Source of the DNA: Lophium mytilinum
Taxonomy: Eukaryota
Length of the DNA stretch: 64,000 nt
NCBI GenBank assembly: GCA_010093605.1
Contig: MU004202.1
Span: 259,560 to 323,559 of the forward strand
Direction: 5' to 3'
Shown here: positions 1-14,257 of the stretch, piece by piece
How the letters are laid out: each line of letters opens with the position of its first letter
Numbering within the stretch: position 1 is the stretch's first letter
Notes under the pieces: generated by a model
Told to the model about the DNA's origin: nothing
Database searches by the model: none
The model's input: only the letters and a program-made list of their open reading frames with translations
Made by a program: the position numbers and the translations under genes

Positions 1-1137
1 GAGTTCGGGAGAGTGAGGGTAAGGACGTCAGTGAGAGTCAGGACACCTGTGACGGTATCGGCGGGCTCAGTGAGGGTACGGACGTCCGTGACGGTTTTTG
101 GGGGGTCAGTGAGGGTACGGACGTCTGTGACGGTATTTCCAGGCGCAGTGAGGGTACGGACGTCTGTGACGGTATTTCCGGGCGCAGTGAGGGTACGGAC
201 GTCTGTGACGGTCTTGGCGGGCTCAGTGAGGGTACGGACGTCTATGACGGTATTGGCGGGCGGAATGGAAGCGGTGTTGCTGGCCAAAGGCGGACGAGTG
301 AGGGTGAGGACGTCAGTGACGGTAGTAGCGAAAGTTCCTTCGGACACGGTGATTTTTACGGTCTCAGTGTCAGTATAGCGCGAGGGACCCCGATCAGAGG
401 TGACGGTAACCGTGTAAGGGGAAGCCGTATGTCCTTTATGACCAGGATTTCCATGATGAGGACTTCCAGCGCCGTGGCTCCCAGGACGATGAGCACCGGG
501 ATGATGGCCTTGAGGACCATCGCCTTTATGACCATGGCTAGAGCGGAATGATCCCACATGCGGGAGCTCGTGGCCCTTTTCCTGGCCTTGTTGATTGGGC
601 GTCTTGTTTTCCCAAAAGAGCCCATAGCCGTTCTCAAGGTCTTTTTGATCGGGCATCTCGTTCTCGTGAAATGTAAAGATGACATTCTGCTCGTAGCTTG
701 GATCGAGCCCAGCACGTTTCTCGACAGAAGGTCTAGCCGCGGTCCCGCAGTATCTTTGGGTGCAGACCGTCGGAGCCGGAGTGGCAGCGACGCTGGAGAG
801 TTGCTCTGAGGCGACCTTGCCATAACCGAGGGCGCTGACACTAGCTGGCACGAGCTGAAAACCAATTAGCACCGTGCGGAAGAGAAGGAGAAGGGTGTTG
901 AGACAGAGGAGATCGGCGTGGTGAAAAGGGCTTTAAGCATAAAGGTTTGCGAGCTCACGAGCTAAGGATCATTGTCAGCAGGCAGAACCTCAACGGCGTA
1001 GTCGCTTCTATGTGAATGCAGAGAGACCGTCGATTCAATTGGCAGCAAAGGGTCGCCCATACGCACGCGAAAGTGAGACTTACCGACGCAGAGAGCGCTA
1101 TGAAGCCGCTGAGAGCCCATCTACTTCCTCGGACCAT
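1..1137 (-). CDS. Secreted/cell-wall protein with a His/Gly-rich segment and Thr-rich 13-aa tandem repeats (3' end runs off the window)
   Basis: Exon 1 is 1137-1084 (MVRGSRWALSGFIALSAS), with a GTAAGT donor at 1083 and a GCTAAT...TTTCAG acceptor at 855. Exon 2 reads LVPASVSALGYG...SHGHKGDGPQGHHPGAHRPGSHG...(TVTDVRTLTAPGN)n and stays open to base 1. Splicing creates a signal-peptide-like N-terminus. This frame is absent from the ORF track. Confidence 0.7.
13..322. repeat. Coding tandem repeat, 39-bp unit, about 5 good copies plus degenerate copies
   Basis: Unit GTGAGGGTACGGACGTCTGTGACGGTATTTCCAGGCGCA and variants; encodes TVTDVRTLT(A/E)Pxx on the minus strand. Confidence 0.9.
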
Positions 1138-2291
1138 AGTGCAAGAAGGTGCTGCAGCCGATACAGCAGGCTTCTGGGAAACTTCCGGGATGTCAAAACG
1201 ACAGAATGGCTTTCCAAAGGACGTAGATCGAGGGGTACCATTTGCTAAGAGACATGAGAGGACGTGTGGCTGGGCTCTCGTGGAAGCAATTCTCTACCAA
1301 GGAAACAAGGAACAAATAAAGCACTAAATAAGAAAGATCGTAAGGCGCATCGTCCATAGACCTAACGATTGACATTAATAGCATAAAACGGTCAGAGCAG
1401 GATGGGCCGCTGCGGGGAGGGAGGCCTCGTACTTGCATGAAGCTGTTCGCCGAGTCTATAAGCGTACAACGGATGGTATTTTCGGGCATGGCCCGCAATT
1501 TCCGAGAGCGATTCGAAGATTGCAAACAAGCATTCCGCAAGTATGCCTGAGATTGAGTTCGCCGGCCGCGAGACATCCATCAATGCCTCGAGGATACTGT
1601 TCTGACGCAATACACGGGTCAGCTGTTAGCTCCATCTTAAACAACGCTGCTGCTGATGAATGCATCGTCTGCCATGCAGCAGGTGTTTGCTCAAAGATTG
1701 GTCTCGGACCACTCGCCTGGGCCGACAATAGATTTGTTGCCAGCTGATTTTAGCGTGCACCAATCGGTGATCTTGGCAGCCCCACCGGGCATTGCTGAAC
1801 CACGGGTAGTCAAGTCGGGAACCTTTACTTACCTTCATGGTAGAAAGTGGGCACCTGTCAGGAACGCAGGGGTGTGGGCGAGTTGAAGGTATACATTTTG
1901 GAACTTTTTTACTTTTTTCTTCTGGTAAGTGTCAGCGGAACGGAGTTCGTGAGGAAGGGACGCAGAAAACCATGGGACTCGATCTTACTACCTCGTCACA
2001 CAAAAGATCCTCTCACCATGCCTTCATTAACGGGAAAAGTCAAAAAACCCTCAAGCTGTACCTCGAAAGTGGAAATGTTAATGAAATGGTACGCTCTGTG
2101 CATACTGTGTGAAATTTCTCTTATTTGGCACCCAATAGTGATCCTACAAATTTAGGGGACAACCTTTGATATCGCCTATTCCACCTAATGGAACAAGATG
2201 CCCCTCCAAAGCAACCCTACCGGTTGCGCCAATGGCTAATGCTCAGAGACAATGTAAAGAAATGGATAAACCTGAAGTGCAAAAGAACCCA

Positions 2292-5200
2292 TTACTCTGA
2301 CTCTGATTCTCCACCGGCATGACCACTGTTCTGCACCGGGGCCTCCGCCATCTCCTCGTCTTCATCCGACGCTGTACGGCCAGTGGATTTGGGTGCCCCC
2401 GCATCCTCGTCCTCTTCGTCATCGTCATCGATGATACGGGCTGCCTTTCGGGGTCGAGCAGCAGGCTGTTCATGATCGGACCCGGTGCCAGCCTTTCCAG
2501 AACCGACAGCGGCCTCGGCGTCATCCTCGCTGCCACTGTCCTCAATGATCTCTTTAGATTTGTATTTGCTGGAGATCTTGGACTTCCGCTCAAGTTTCCG
2601 CTTCTTTTGTCGAGGTCGGTCGTCCGGGGTGTCTGGTGTAGCCGACGTCACGGCGCTCCGCTGTCTCGACCTACGAGCACCAGCGTCGCTGTCACCACCC
2701 TCAGTGTCGGAGTCTGAGGCGTCGCCCTTCTTCTTCCTCTTTCCACCTCGCCTGCCTTTGCCTCTCTCACCCTTGCGGACCTCATCCTGCGCAACGAATT
2801 CCTGTCGCCTCCTCTCTTCTTCTTTTCGCCTCTCAATGTACTCTCGGTCGCGCTCCTCCATCTTTTGTCTCTCTTCGGCCACCTTGCGCCTCTGCTCAGC
2901 CAATGCCTCATCAGCCTTGCGCTTCTCTTCTTCTCTCTTCTTCATTTCCGCTTCCCGTACTCCTCGAGCTTGCTTGAGTCGGTCTGCGTTCTTCTGCTCG
3001 TACTCTCTCTGTTGCTGGAGGGTACGTTCAATCTGGCGGCGCATCGTGTTGCGGCCCATGTTGGCACGCTGCTCGATATCGTGTTTAGGGAAAGGAGGGC
3101 TAGGGGCTGAAGCAATAGCGCTGAAAGACTCAATTGCCTGATCTAGACCAGCGGATGCTGCCTCGACGTCTTCTAGCGTTCGTTGCGATTCTGGTAGGTT
3201 GATGACTAGCTGTGCTATTTGGAAGTGGACGAACGCGACGTTGAACTTGAAGTGAACTTGTTCGGGAGCGACTTCGAGGGCCTAAAGAAATATTTAGCAA
3301 GATATATCATTCAAGAAGAAAAATCTTGCTACTTACACGTTGGGAGTATTCTAGTGAAGTCTTCATTGCCTTGATGCTCTTGTCATGTTTTCCACGGAGC
3401 AGCCACACGCGGCCGAGACAAGCTAGAATCTGCGGATCTCGTGCACGGTCTTTTGACAAAGCAGCTTCATACTGTATCTTGTTAATACATATAGATGGCG
3501 TGGAGGGATAAACTTACGTTTTCAATGGCGCGGGGGTATTGCTTGACTTCGCAATATGTATGTCCAAGGTTGATGAAGACGCTGGCTTCTTTCATGGTCT
3601 CGCGAACCTTGATGAAGATTTGCAGCGCCGTGTTATAGTCCTTCTTGTCTTCGACAAGAGCGATGGCAATACCTTGGGCTGCGTAGGCGTTGCGAGGATC
3701 TAGTTGTAAAGCTTTGTCGAAGATCTCAACGGCCTTGGAGTACATGTTTCGCCGCTTGTCCTTGTCTGTCTCAGTATCTCTCCTCATCTCACGAGCGATC
3801 GTCAGATAGACATTGCCCATGCCCGTCAGTGAGTACCGGTCATGCTTATCGAAGCTTTGCAGAGTATGCTTGTAGTGGCGTTGTTCCTGATCCTCACCGA
3901 AATTCTGTGCCCGCTTCTTGGCTTTGCTTAAGTACCAGCCATAAAGAGCGCGAACCTCGAGATTGGAAGGCTCTTCGCGGTAGAGCTTCTGGATTGCTTT
4001 CGGACCTTCGTCACCTGGGCTTTGTCGCAACGCGATGTATGCTAGTCGAGTAACAGCGTCTGTGTAGTCGCCATGCCGATCCAGTAAGCCTTCGTAGACT
4101 TGCTTTGCTTCGTTAGGCATCCCCTCTGCCTCATATGTTCGCGCCAGGTTGTAGCTGATGGTCGTAACAAGCGCGTCGGTATCAATCGACTGGTCCTTGT
4201 CGCCTGCTTTGACACAAGCATTCAAAGCTGTTTGGAACAGCTCGCGAGCGCGGCCATACCTTTCAGACTGGTAATGGAAGCATCCCATATTGTTGAGCAG
4301 CTGAGGCGGGAGAGACTCGCGTAGGGCAGCGTTGTATTCAACTTCATCGTCAATACCTTGAGGCTTATCTTCGTCGGGGATGTCGTCAATCTCCATTTGC
4401 TCAACCTGTTCTAGGCATTTCAAACTCTTGTCAGGATGGTCGATTTCATACAATCTGGCAAGGTTCAAGAGGACGGACGAGTCAGCGGACAAATTCTTCT
4501 TAGGATCCGCCCAAGCCAAGCGGACAGCTTCCAGATATGCCAGGGCTTTCTTCATTTCATTAGTTTTCTCTTCCTTGGATTTTACTGATTGCGCGGAAAA
4601 GACGTCTTCGGCGTAGAGCGTTCCCAGGAGAGTTTGCGCCTCGGGAATCTTGGCTTGCTGTACTATCTTCTCCAAGCGGAACTTTGCGCCATCGTAGTCC
4701 TGCATGAGGACCCGAATTTGGGCGGATCCAAACTTTGCAGGAATATAACCGCGCTCATCGCCGCCCCGAGCCTGATCAGACTTCGAGTAGTAGTCGTAAG
4801 CCTTCGCGATATCGTCGCCAGAGTGTTCTTTGCGGGCAAGCAAGTACCATCCATCACTTGCAATGGCATTGACGTCGGTGAGTTCGATGGCCCTTCGCGC
4901 AAGCGACTCAACCTTGTCCATCATTCTCTTCATCATGTAATAACTGCCAAGGGTAGCACATGTCAACGGAAGCTTGTTATCCATCTTAAAAGCCGGAACA
5001 GTATACTGAGTTATTGCTTTCCTGTAGGGTTCGGCGAAGTTGGGGTCCGAGGTCGAGTATTGCGAACTGCGATGGAAGTTATACAACCCTAACAAGATGA
5101 GCGCTATCTTCGATTTCGGGTTCAGCTCTAGCGCTCGTTCCCAAGCGCGCTGTGAATCGTCCTTGTGTCCCAGTTGCCAGAAGCAGCACCCAATTCCGAT

Positions 5201-6049
5201 ACGAGGATCCGGATCGATCACGTCAGGCGCCTTCTCCAGCACGCTTTGGTACAGCTTCAAGGCTTCGCCATATTTGCCCAAAGAGTATTGCACCCTGGCT
5301 TTGCCCATAAAGGCCATGATGTTTTTGTGGCCGGAGGCTCGAAGGGCATCTCCGAAGCATTTATCAGCCTGCTTTAAGGTCTCGATCCGCTCAGAGCTGA
5401 TCTGGGAAGCTGATCCAGACTTTGACGACTGAAGAGATGACCGCAGGAGGTATAGGACGCCGCGTGCTAGAAAGAGGGGAGGATATGACGGGCTGATTCG
5501 GGAGGCGTCGTTTAAGGTACTTGTGGCAGCTTGAATGTAGAAATCCTTCGTTCGCGCTTCAGAGGCAAGTTGGTTGTCTAGATCCAGTCAGTAGGTGCTG
5601 ATGTGAAGCTCTAACAATGGAATAGACGCAATGTGACGCCGAGGGCCCCGCATACCTGGCTTGATTCTGGGTGCCTCGCGACATTTCAAAAGGTACATCC
5701 AACAGAGCGCGTTCAACACGCTGAGACGGTCGTCCGGTCGCCCTCTCACCAGCGCTGCCAGGGCCTTTGTCAAGACCTCGACAGCGACATCGACTTTGCG
5801 CTGTTTCGCATATCCAAGCGCGACGACCATCCACATATTCTTCGCAGCGGTCTCATTCTCCAAGAGCGTGCACAGCTCGGTCGGGTCGTCCTGGATATCA
5901 TCGTCTAAGGAAATCTCGACTTCGATTGGGCCTTCGTCTTCGGCAACAGCTACAGATATAGCTTTGGGGACATCCGAGAAGCGCGTCGGGTGAGAGGGCG
6001 CGCTATGGCCGTTGACACCGTTCGTGATGCCGTTCTGGTAGGTTGCCAT
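2292..6049 (-). CDS. CTR9: Paf1 complex subunit Ctr9 (TPR-repeat RNA polymerase II-associated protein), 4 exons
   Basis: N-terminal DDPTELCTLLENE...WMVVALGY, many TPRs (PDPRIGIGCCFWQL, TTISYNLARTYE, KALQLDPRNAYAAQGIAIAL), then a coiled coil and an acidic/basic tail with SKEIIEDS. Introns at about 5655-5578, 3517-3472 and 3336-3282. Confidence 0.95.
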
Positions 6050-6507
6050 GGTGGAGCTGTCGCAGTCGGCGCAGACAAGGCGGAAGATGGATTGGTGGTG
6101 ATCGAGAGGCAACGATAGCCCCTAGAGGATGGTGAGGAGGCCTCTCATGCCAGAGCGTCCCGAGTGAAAGTGGTAGCAGTCAGGTAGAAAGGAAGGAAAG
6201 TGGGTGGAGGTTGTGTTCAGAGCAGAAAGTGAGGTCGAATCCATCGCGACTTCCATACACGCACGTGACATAGTGCCAAGCCGGCGGATCATCGGCCCAT
6301 GGCTCGGTGTTTGCCTGGTTTGCAGCAGACTCCCGCGACGCGACGCCATGACCGCAGCCTGAGTACAGCTGTTCCAAAACGAAAGAAGATTACCTCGCAC
6401 CATCGACTCGACAGGAGAAAGTAATTGGAAACAGGCTAGGACGCTGCGAAATATGAGCGGGCCCGTGTTATCCCTCGGATCTTGCGACGACCGCTGACAA
6501 CAACAAC
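6050..6507. promoter_or_regulatory. Short divergent (bidirectional) promoter region of CTR9/SEC8
   Basis: Only 458 bp separate the two divergent start codons; a CACGTG E-box lies at about 6262. Confidence 0.55.
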
Positions 6508-9500
6508 ATGTCACGACGTCCTCCACAGCGGCCTGGCGCCAATGGCTCGGCAGGATACACGAACGGGTATTACGACGAGGGAGCTGCTAGACAGTACGAG
6601 CAGCCGGACAGCGAAGCGCCTCCCCGGAACAGGCCTGATCAGAATCGAGACCGACGGGCTGGGGGGTATGGGGGCTTCAATCGCAACCCTTCCCCAGAAG
6701 ACCCTGCTGTAGCCAGACCAACCAGCCTGGAGCGGACCCGGGCAAATCGAAGGAGCGGGGATAGGCAATGGGGCAATCGTAGTCGGAGCAGGAGTCGTCC
6801 AGGAGGGGGCCGTTCGGCGGACCAGCAGATTCAGGGTCAGTGATGCTGCCACCGTCCTGAGGTCAAGCCCGGACTTCACGGGCAGACTGTTTTCTTGCCT
6901 TGATCTAGCGATACTAATAGGTATCAGACGTCCTAGAGTATATAAAACGAGACTGGGAGTTCATGACCGACGACAAATGCGTGCCTGTGCAGATTTCCCT
7001 CAAGCTGCTTGACTCCAGCTCTCTGGGTCTTGCTAGCCGATATGACATGTTCCGAGAGACACATCAACGGCTGCAAAGCTCATTGAAGGCAATAGTAAAT
7101 GGTACTTGAGTTCCTCCCGACCTTGAATCGGTCGCTGACAAGTCAACTCAGAGCATCATCAGGGCTTCAATAGTTCCATCGGCACATTCCATAAAATTCA
7201 GTCAAGCTTGCAAACATCACAGACTCGCGTCAGAACTCTGAAAGACTCCCTCATCCAGGCCAAGTCACACCTGTCCACGACCAAACCAGAGCTGAAGGAA
7301 TATGCGACTTCGTCCCAAAACTACGACGGCATGATACAGGTGCTGAACACAATGTACGCCTCTCCTCTAGTCTGAGGACCATCTGGATAGTCACTGACAA
7401 CTCATAGTGAGCAATTGCAGGTCGTTCCCGAGAAACTAGAGGCACGAATATCAGAAAAGCGTTTCCTCACAGCTGTAGACATCTTACAGGATGCCTTGAA
7501 AATGATTCGCAAGTCAGAGATGGAGGGCATCGGAGCACTCAGTGACCTGCGCATATATCTCAGCAATCAAGAACATGTACGTCTGCCTCTGAAAATGAAG
7601 ACATCGCCTCGCTAACTTCCAGCAGTCTTTGACCGATATCTTGATCGAAGAGTTGCACAGCCACCTCTACCTCAAATCGCCATATTGCGAAGACCGCTGG
7701 AAGGTCTACTCACACAATCAAGCCAAAGCGGAATCGGCCAATGGAGCTCCTAATATTGGTATGGACGGTATCTAGACTCCTATTTTAAAAGCTAACATCT
7801 TTTGGATGTGCAAGGCCGATCCCTTTATAATTTCCTCGACGCTTTGGACACTTCTGCAGCAGTTTGTACAACCTCGCCTTCTACCGTAAGCGCCAGCTGA
7901 CATTGGATAGATGACAGACGATTCATCGCGCAACCCAGAAGCTGATACTTTCCATTATATTCAGCTCATAGTAGAGGCCTTGAACAAGATGAATCGTCTT
8001 GAAATTGCGATCGACACCATTGAACAACGTTTGCCTGTTGAATTATTCAAGGTAGTAGAGAAGTCGAATAACGAAGTCGCACAACGTCACCCAAGCACAC
8101 TTCGTGCCTATGCGAACAAGGCGCGTGGAAAGGCGGATGTGATCATCGAGAGCGACACGGCCCGAGCAACGCTGCTGAACGATCTTCTTTGGACATTGTA
8201 TGCAAGATTCGAGGCTATTGCAGAGGGTCATCGCGTCGTGCATGATGTTGTAGCTGGAATATCACGCCGCGAAGGATTCCACGACACCGGTACCTTGACT
8301 AGAGGCTTCAAGGAACTATGGAAGCTTTACCAAAGCGAGGTATGTGTGTTATTCTGACGAGAGAGGCTATTGCTTACCCTATCAAACAGATGCGCTCTCT
8401 TCTGCATGATTATCTCGCAACCGATGGAGATCTTGCCTATCGATCTGGCCAAGGCCAGACTTCCAGTGGCAGCGTATTTCAGAAGAATCCACGTGATCGG
8501 TCGAAGAGGATGTTCAAGTTGTCCGATATGGACGTCAAATCGACGGAGCTGGCTACGGAAAGAGATGATCTTGAGTTCATTCTGAAATCCTCTGTCCCTG
8601 GGCTAGTGTCTGATTCGAAACGGCCAGACGGGATTTCTGACGATGATAACAGTACGATGCATGATGGTAGCGCTACAGGGCACAAATTGCTTGTCGAGCC
8701 AAGCGTTTTCAATATGGGCATTCTTCTGCCTCCGTCTCTAGACTTCCTCAATCGCCTGAAGGAGGTTGTTCCCCCGGGCTCCGACATAGTCATGAGTACC
8801 TTGACATCATTCTTAGATGACTTCCTAGTGAACGTCTTCCACCCGCAACTAGATGAGACGCTTGTTGATCTATGTGCGCAAACCTTTATTGAACTAGATG
8901 CGTTCCAGCAGGAGGGACATTGGGCACAGCATTCCAAGAAACCGATATTCAAGGTACGTATCAAAGGACCACCTGGACTTGATCGAGCAACATTAACTTG
9001 GACAGGGCACTATCAAATTCTTCGCTCTGATTACCGCCTTCTGCAAAATGCTAGACAATCTGCCTCATGATCAAGCCTTCAGCCAACTGATAATCACTCA
9101 AATGGTCACATACTATGACAAGTGCTGCGGCTGGTACAAAGCTTTGGTCACTCGAAGTCAGGCCAAAGCGCAAACAGGGAGGCGACTTAAAGCATCCGCG
9201 TCATTTGCGGAGAATGGAGAACTTCATGAGACAGTCTCCTCCTTGTTCTCCGAACCTACCCAGGAACTTCTGGAGAAAGAAATCTCTCTCCTCATCTCCG
9301 AGACGGACGCTGAACCCCTCGAGGACTATGATCTGATTCTTGATCGAAAGAACATTGCTAGCCTTTGTTTACTATACACCAGCATGAAGTGGCTGGCAAG
9401 CAAGGTCGCCCACTTACGACTAATCAGCGACCGAGCCACCGACTCCTCACGCCGAGAATCTGGCAAGCCCAAGCACAATCGTCGCTGGACGATGGTACAG

Positions 9501-10291
9501 TCAACCGAGCCTCGATCTGAGGGAGCTGCCGTCTACCTCCCCCTCAATCAAGAGACCGCGGCGTACACAAAGCCCCATTTCCCCTTGAAAGCCTAACACT
9601 AACTCCTTGTAGTGAATTCGACGGCGTCGTGAACTCCTACCAACAGCTCGCCGCAACAGTCCTGCGCTGTCTACACCTCGAAATCCGCTGCCGCGTCCTC
9701 CACCAGCTGCGCCTATCAATCAAAGAAGACTATCTCCTCGAACAAGTCGTCAACGACCCAGACCCCGACATAATCAGCCTGAACGGCGACCTTGTCGTGT
9801 TCGACGAGGAGGTCTCTAACCACTTGCCCGATACGCAACACCTGTAAGCCACCCCCCTCCCCTAAAAAGCAAAACTCCCCTAACCACAGACTACTAGCCT
9901 CATAACCACTCACCTTGCCACCTTAATGGATACAGCTCTCCTGCACTTCTCTTCCCACAACATCAAGCGCATGAATGCCGCCGGCTGCGGCCGCATGCAG
10001 CTTAACATCCTGGTCCTCCAGCAAAACCTCAAGAACGTCGAGGCCCTCGCGCTACTACCCCGCAGCGCCGCCTACTTCGACTTCTTTACCGCGGGCCCGG
10101 ACGCGATCATCAAGCGTGCGAAGGAGACGGGCGAGGAGGGGCTGGGGTACTCGTATGAGGAGCTGAAGGGGCTGGTCGAGCTGTGTTATTCGGAGCCGCT
10201 GGGGAGCGAGCGGCGGGAGGTAGCCATGCAAGCGAAGCGGGCGGAGGGGGATTGTTTGTTACAGCTGAGCGAGGTTATGTGGGCGAATTAG
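6508..10291 (+). CDS. SEC8: Exocyst complex component Sec8 (EXOC4), multi-exon
   Basis: Spliced ORFs give DKCVPVQISLKLLDSSSLGL, VNEHHQGFNSSIGTFHKIQ, VPEKLEARISEKRFL, EELHSHLYLKSPYC, LEQRLPVELF-like, TGHKLLVEPSVFNM and GCGRMQLNILVLQQNLKN, all typical of fungal Sec8. Introns are canonical. Confidence 0.95.
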
Positions 10292-12528
10292 GGAATGGGG
10301 GATGTCAGGGGAGAATGCGCAAAGGCGGGAGCGCGAAATGCCAATTGTACGCTTGAGATTGCATGGTGGTTGTTGGTGCGAGTAGAAAGCTGGCCGTGCC
10401 GACGCCGATACTGGTGATTACTTATCAAAACAAAGTGTGCTACCGACTTCGGGAATCTCGCCACGATTGCAGCCTGTGCTTGCGTCCTGATTGCCCCACG
10501 GGCCACGAGTGCTGCGAGTGGCTCTCCAATACGCCCTCATCGTCTGAAGGAATGGTCGGGATTAGGCCACCCTCCGTCCATCGCAACCAGTGAGCGCAGT
10601 GCCGGTGCGTTGGGTCTGCGTTTACCCCCCTCCGCGGAGCGCAGTGTTTAGCTGACGGCTTAATTCACGGCAGTTTTAGCCTTCGTGTGGATTGGGAGTG
10701 ACGCTCAGCGGGGTTTTTCAGGAGCCCATTTTGGCCACGGAGCGGAGAGAACTCACCTTAGGATGTGAGCACTCTGCAGTATGTACTGTAGCAGTTGCAC
10801 GAGTATGAGAGGACGAGGGGCGTCCAGGTGGGGGAGCCGAGACGAAAGAGAATTGGCGATGTGATGATAGCAGGTTACAGTGCCTTGAGTCGTTGGCTAG
10901 TAATGCTGCACGCTGAGGCGCGTGTGCTTGCGATATTGCATGTGCGAGCGCCACACGAGGTCATATGCCGCTCCCGGATTTCCTAGCAGTGAGACAAATC
11001 CAATTGGTCTACGTAGGAGAGAGGGAGGGGATAGCAGTAGATGCATCGCGGCGCGTAGTAGAAAAGGCCCAGCAAACTACCGCTTGATGCCGCAGCAAGA
11101 ACAGCGTCAGAGGGCCTGTCTTGTGCGTCTTGTGATGGCGTCCGCTGGTCACGTGGAAGTCCCCACCGAGGCCATTCGACATGACTATACATAGATTTTA
11201 GTTTGTTCTCGAAGTCCCCCGATACTTACCAGCAGAGACAGACGTAACAATCTCCACTATCTTATAGATGACTGTAGTCCTACTGCATCGTAGCGTAGAG
11301 ATAATGGGGTAGCCGAACTGCTTTGCGAGTTACAGTTACTAGTTGACGGGTGAGAACTTGGCTCGCGTTGGGATTGATTAGTTTATCTTTCGCTGCAACG
11401 GGGAAGTCGTCCCGTATAGAAGCGCCCGTAAGGAGCTGCATGAGATGCCAGCGCATCGTCGATTCCTTAGTCGGTCTGTGTCTCTGTTTAACAGATTGTA
11501 GGCGCACGAGTAACTTGAAGGAGAGCACATGTCTATACCGGAACACCTTCGCCGGTACCAACTCGGCTGGACGTGGCCTAGACGCCGTGGTATCTTCCAG
11601 CGTCACTCAAACCGCATTGAGTTGATTATTACCAGAGTCCCTGGTCTGTGTGCCTGTTCGTGTGTTGACCCACATACGGTAACCTTCCTGAATCTTGGAA
11701 CCGGAAATTCCCACTTGCGGATGACTTGCTTTTGATGTTAGCTTGTGAACAGAGGGAGTTGACACTGAGAAGTTCAAGGCCCTTCAACCTAAAGCCGCGT
11801 ATCGCGCGATCTAGAACAAAAATTTCAATAGTAGCAGGGCTCGGGCTTGAGTTTGAGGATGTCAGGAAAAGAATCAGTGCGAGACGAGAGATGGTCCCCA
11901 AGTTGCAAGCTAGGCATATCATGAAGCTTGAATATTTTCTGGTCGCAATAATGGGTATCAAGGAGCTTCCTGACTGATTTCATAATCTCCCAAGGGTCTT
12001 CGCGAGCCCGCAGTAGTTCGCTGAAAGAGAAAACGCTGAAGAGAACGAAGAAATGAGTTCGCACACTCTTTCAAAATCTTGCGGACTTTCTGTGGTCTCT
12101 GACAACAGCGAGCCAACGTTGGACGTCGCTCGGATTTTGCGTCGGTCCGTTAGTCATTCCTTGGCACAGTTAGGGCGCCACTCCCTGCAACTTCGGATTA
12201 ATAAGGCTGCCCTCTTTACCGTCAAATCGATCCGCGTCTCACCACCTTCTATATGTCAGGCATGATTCCGCGAGGCGAATACCAGAGTGCAATTCGCGCC
12301 CCCGAGTTGTGGATCGCATTAGGAATGCGCCGCGGACACTAACGAGTAATCAGGAAAGGCGTCGTTGCCATCCCTCAATTGTTTTGTAATCATGGAGCGG
12401 GGACCTTTGTCCATGATATCGCCGCACACATGTCGTATTGCGCGCGGAAGACCTATAAAGACTGACCCTGCGATCTTCGGGGACTACTAACACAGCAACA
12501 AAGAAGGTTAGGCCGACGAATCAGAACC

Positions 12529-13664
12529 ATGACGGTACATTCAGTGCGCCAAAATCCTCTATACATCCACCTATGACACATGCTTATTGATATTCCAGAA
12601 TGGCAGTCCAAGACGATCCGCAGGAAACGGCGAGACCGCACACAAGCATGCTACAATCACCTTCCGACACACTATCCCCTCCGAGCAATTCCCAGCAGAA
12701 AGGGACCGATATGTCCTTTATTTCCATTATGGCTGTCCATGGGCACAAAGAGCTTTGATCGTTCGCGCCTTGAAGGGGCTGGATAACATCATAGGCCTGG
12801 TTGAGCTCGACGGAAAGGATCCAGTAAAGGGCTGGGAGTTCACGGGAGTGCGAGGCCCGGAGCGAGATCCTTACTACGGAGTCAAGTATCTGCGGGACCT
12901 ATATCTCAGAGCCAACCCGCACTACAATGGGAGAATCACAGTTCCAGTACTTTGGGATCTCAAGAATGGTCAGCCATCCTGTGCTATCACCGCACGTCCG
13001 ATCAGCTGACAGTGATGCAAGAAACGATTGTGAACAACGAAAGCAGTGATATTATCAGCTTCTTGTACAACGCCTTCGACGAATTCCTGCCCCTCGAAGA
13101 TCGCGAGAGCAACAAACCAGACGGAGGATTTCGGCCGCCGCATCTGATCAAGGAGATTGATGCCTTCAACAACTGGGTGTTTGACACAGTCAACAACGGA
13201 GTCTATCGAATAGGCTTTGCTACTACGCAACAGGTATATGACGAAAACATTTGGAAGCTCTTCAACGCCCTTGACAGGCTGGAAGCGTACCTCGGAGAAC
13301 CTGGGCATTCGCCATATTTGTTTGGTGAGCGTATAACGGAACCTGACGTACGACTCTTCACGTCACTTGTTCGCTTTGATTGTGCGTACTACACAATTTT
13401 CAAGTGTAACGTCAAAATGATCCGCCACGATTACCCAAACCTGCACGCTTGGCTAAGACGCCTGTATTGGGACGAAAGTGATAGGACCAAGGGAGGTGCC
13501 TTCATGAAAACCACAAACTTTGCTGTCGTAAGTTTCCAAGTCTTGATTTGTTACAAACTGTTTGGGCTAATGTCACTCAGATCAAAGCTGGATACTCCAG
13601 GGCTTTTGGGGGCCAGCATGCGATTGTTCCGGCCGGCCCTTTGCCTTATATCTTGCCTCTATAA
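12529..13664 (+). CDS. Glutathionyl-hydroquinone reductase / Xi-(omega-like) class glutathione transferase, Ecm4-like, 4 exons
   Basis: FPAERDRYVLY, active-site CPWA, TVPVLWD, TIVNNESSDII, NNGVYRIGFA, RLFTSLVRFD and a C-terminal IVPAGP. Introns at 12535-12598, about 12969-13021 and about 13528-13580. Confidence 0.92.
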
Positions 13665-14257
13665 ACTCTTCGTGTTCTCCCGGCCCAAGTATCATTTCCT
13701 ACCAAGATCTATTGTAACTTCATCGCTGCCAGCCTTCTGATCTATTGTTTCCTGACTTTGATTCTCAGACAATGATTTATTAGCCTAATCTCGATTGCTT
13801 CTGGTATTCCTCCGTTCGCGTCTCACTTTCTCTTTCTTTTGTATATCCAAATGCATGGGTCCCTAGGGCAGCGGCTCTCTAGCCTCGGTGGGATATGGAT
13901 CGGAGCGGCTGGTCCTCGGGACCCTTTTCAAGGTCTCCAATGCCGTCAGTAAAACTCATTTAGTCACTGAAATATCCCTTCGATTTTCAAGACCATTTTT
14001 TCCTCTACGGGGGTTGCATGCACCGTGGCTTCATCCTTAGGTTGGTGTTCCTTGCCCCTCGGTTAGTCCGCAAATTACAGTGAATCGTGGCACGCAAGCG
14101 TATGAGAACCATGGAAGCCCCTTAAATACGGTTCCCCGGCCTGTTCAAGACCTCGACTTGACAGAACAATATCTTTAACACCACTCCACCACCAACCGCC
14201 TCCAACATCATATATTTTTTATCTGATTCCTAACATAAACGCCATAGACTATACCAT

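Noticed and set aside
13..865. ORFs 13..378(+) and 356..865(-)
   Set aside because: Antisense and off-frame shadows of the repeat protein encoded in another minus-strand frame
2319..5993. Plus-strand ORFs overlapping CTR9
   Set aside because: Antisense shadows of a clearly conserved gene
10363..12265. Many 60-110 aa ORFs between SEC8 and the GST, including 11825..12064(-)
   Set aside because: No recognisable motif or consistent splice model; could be a decayed gene but cannot be supported
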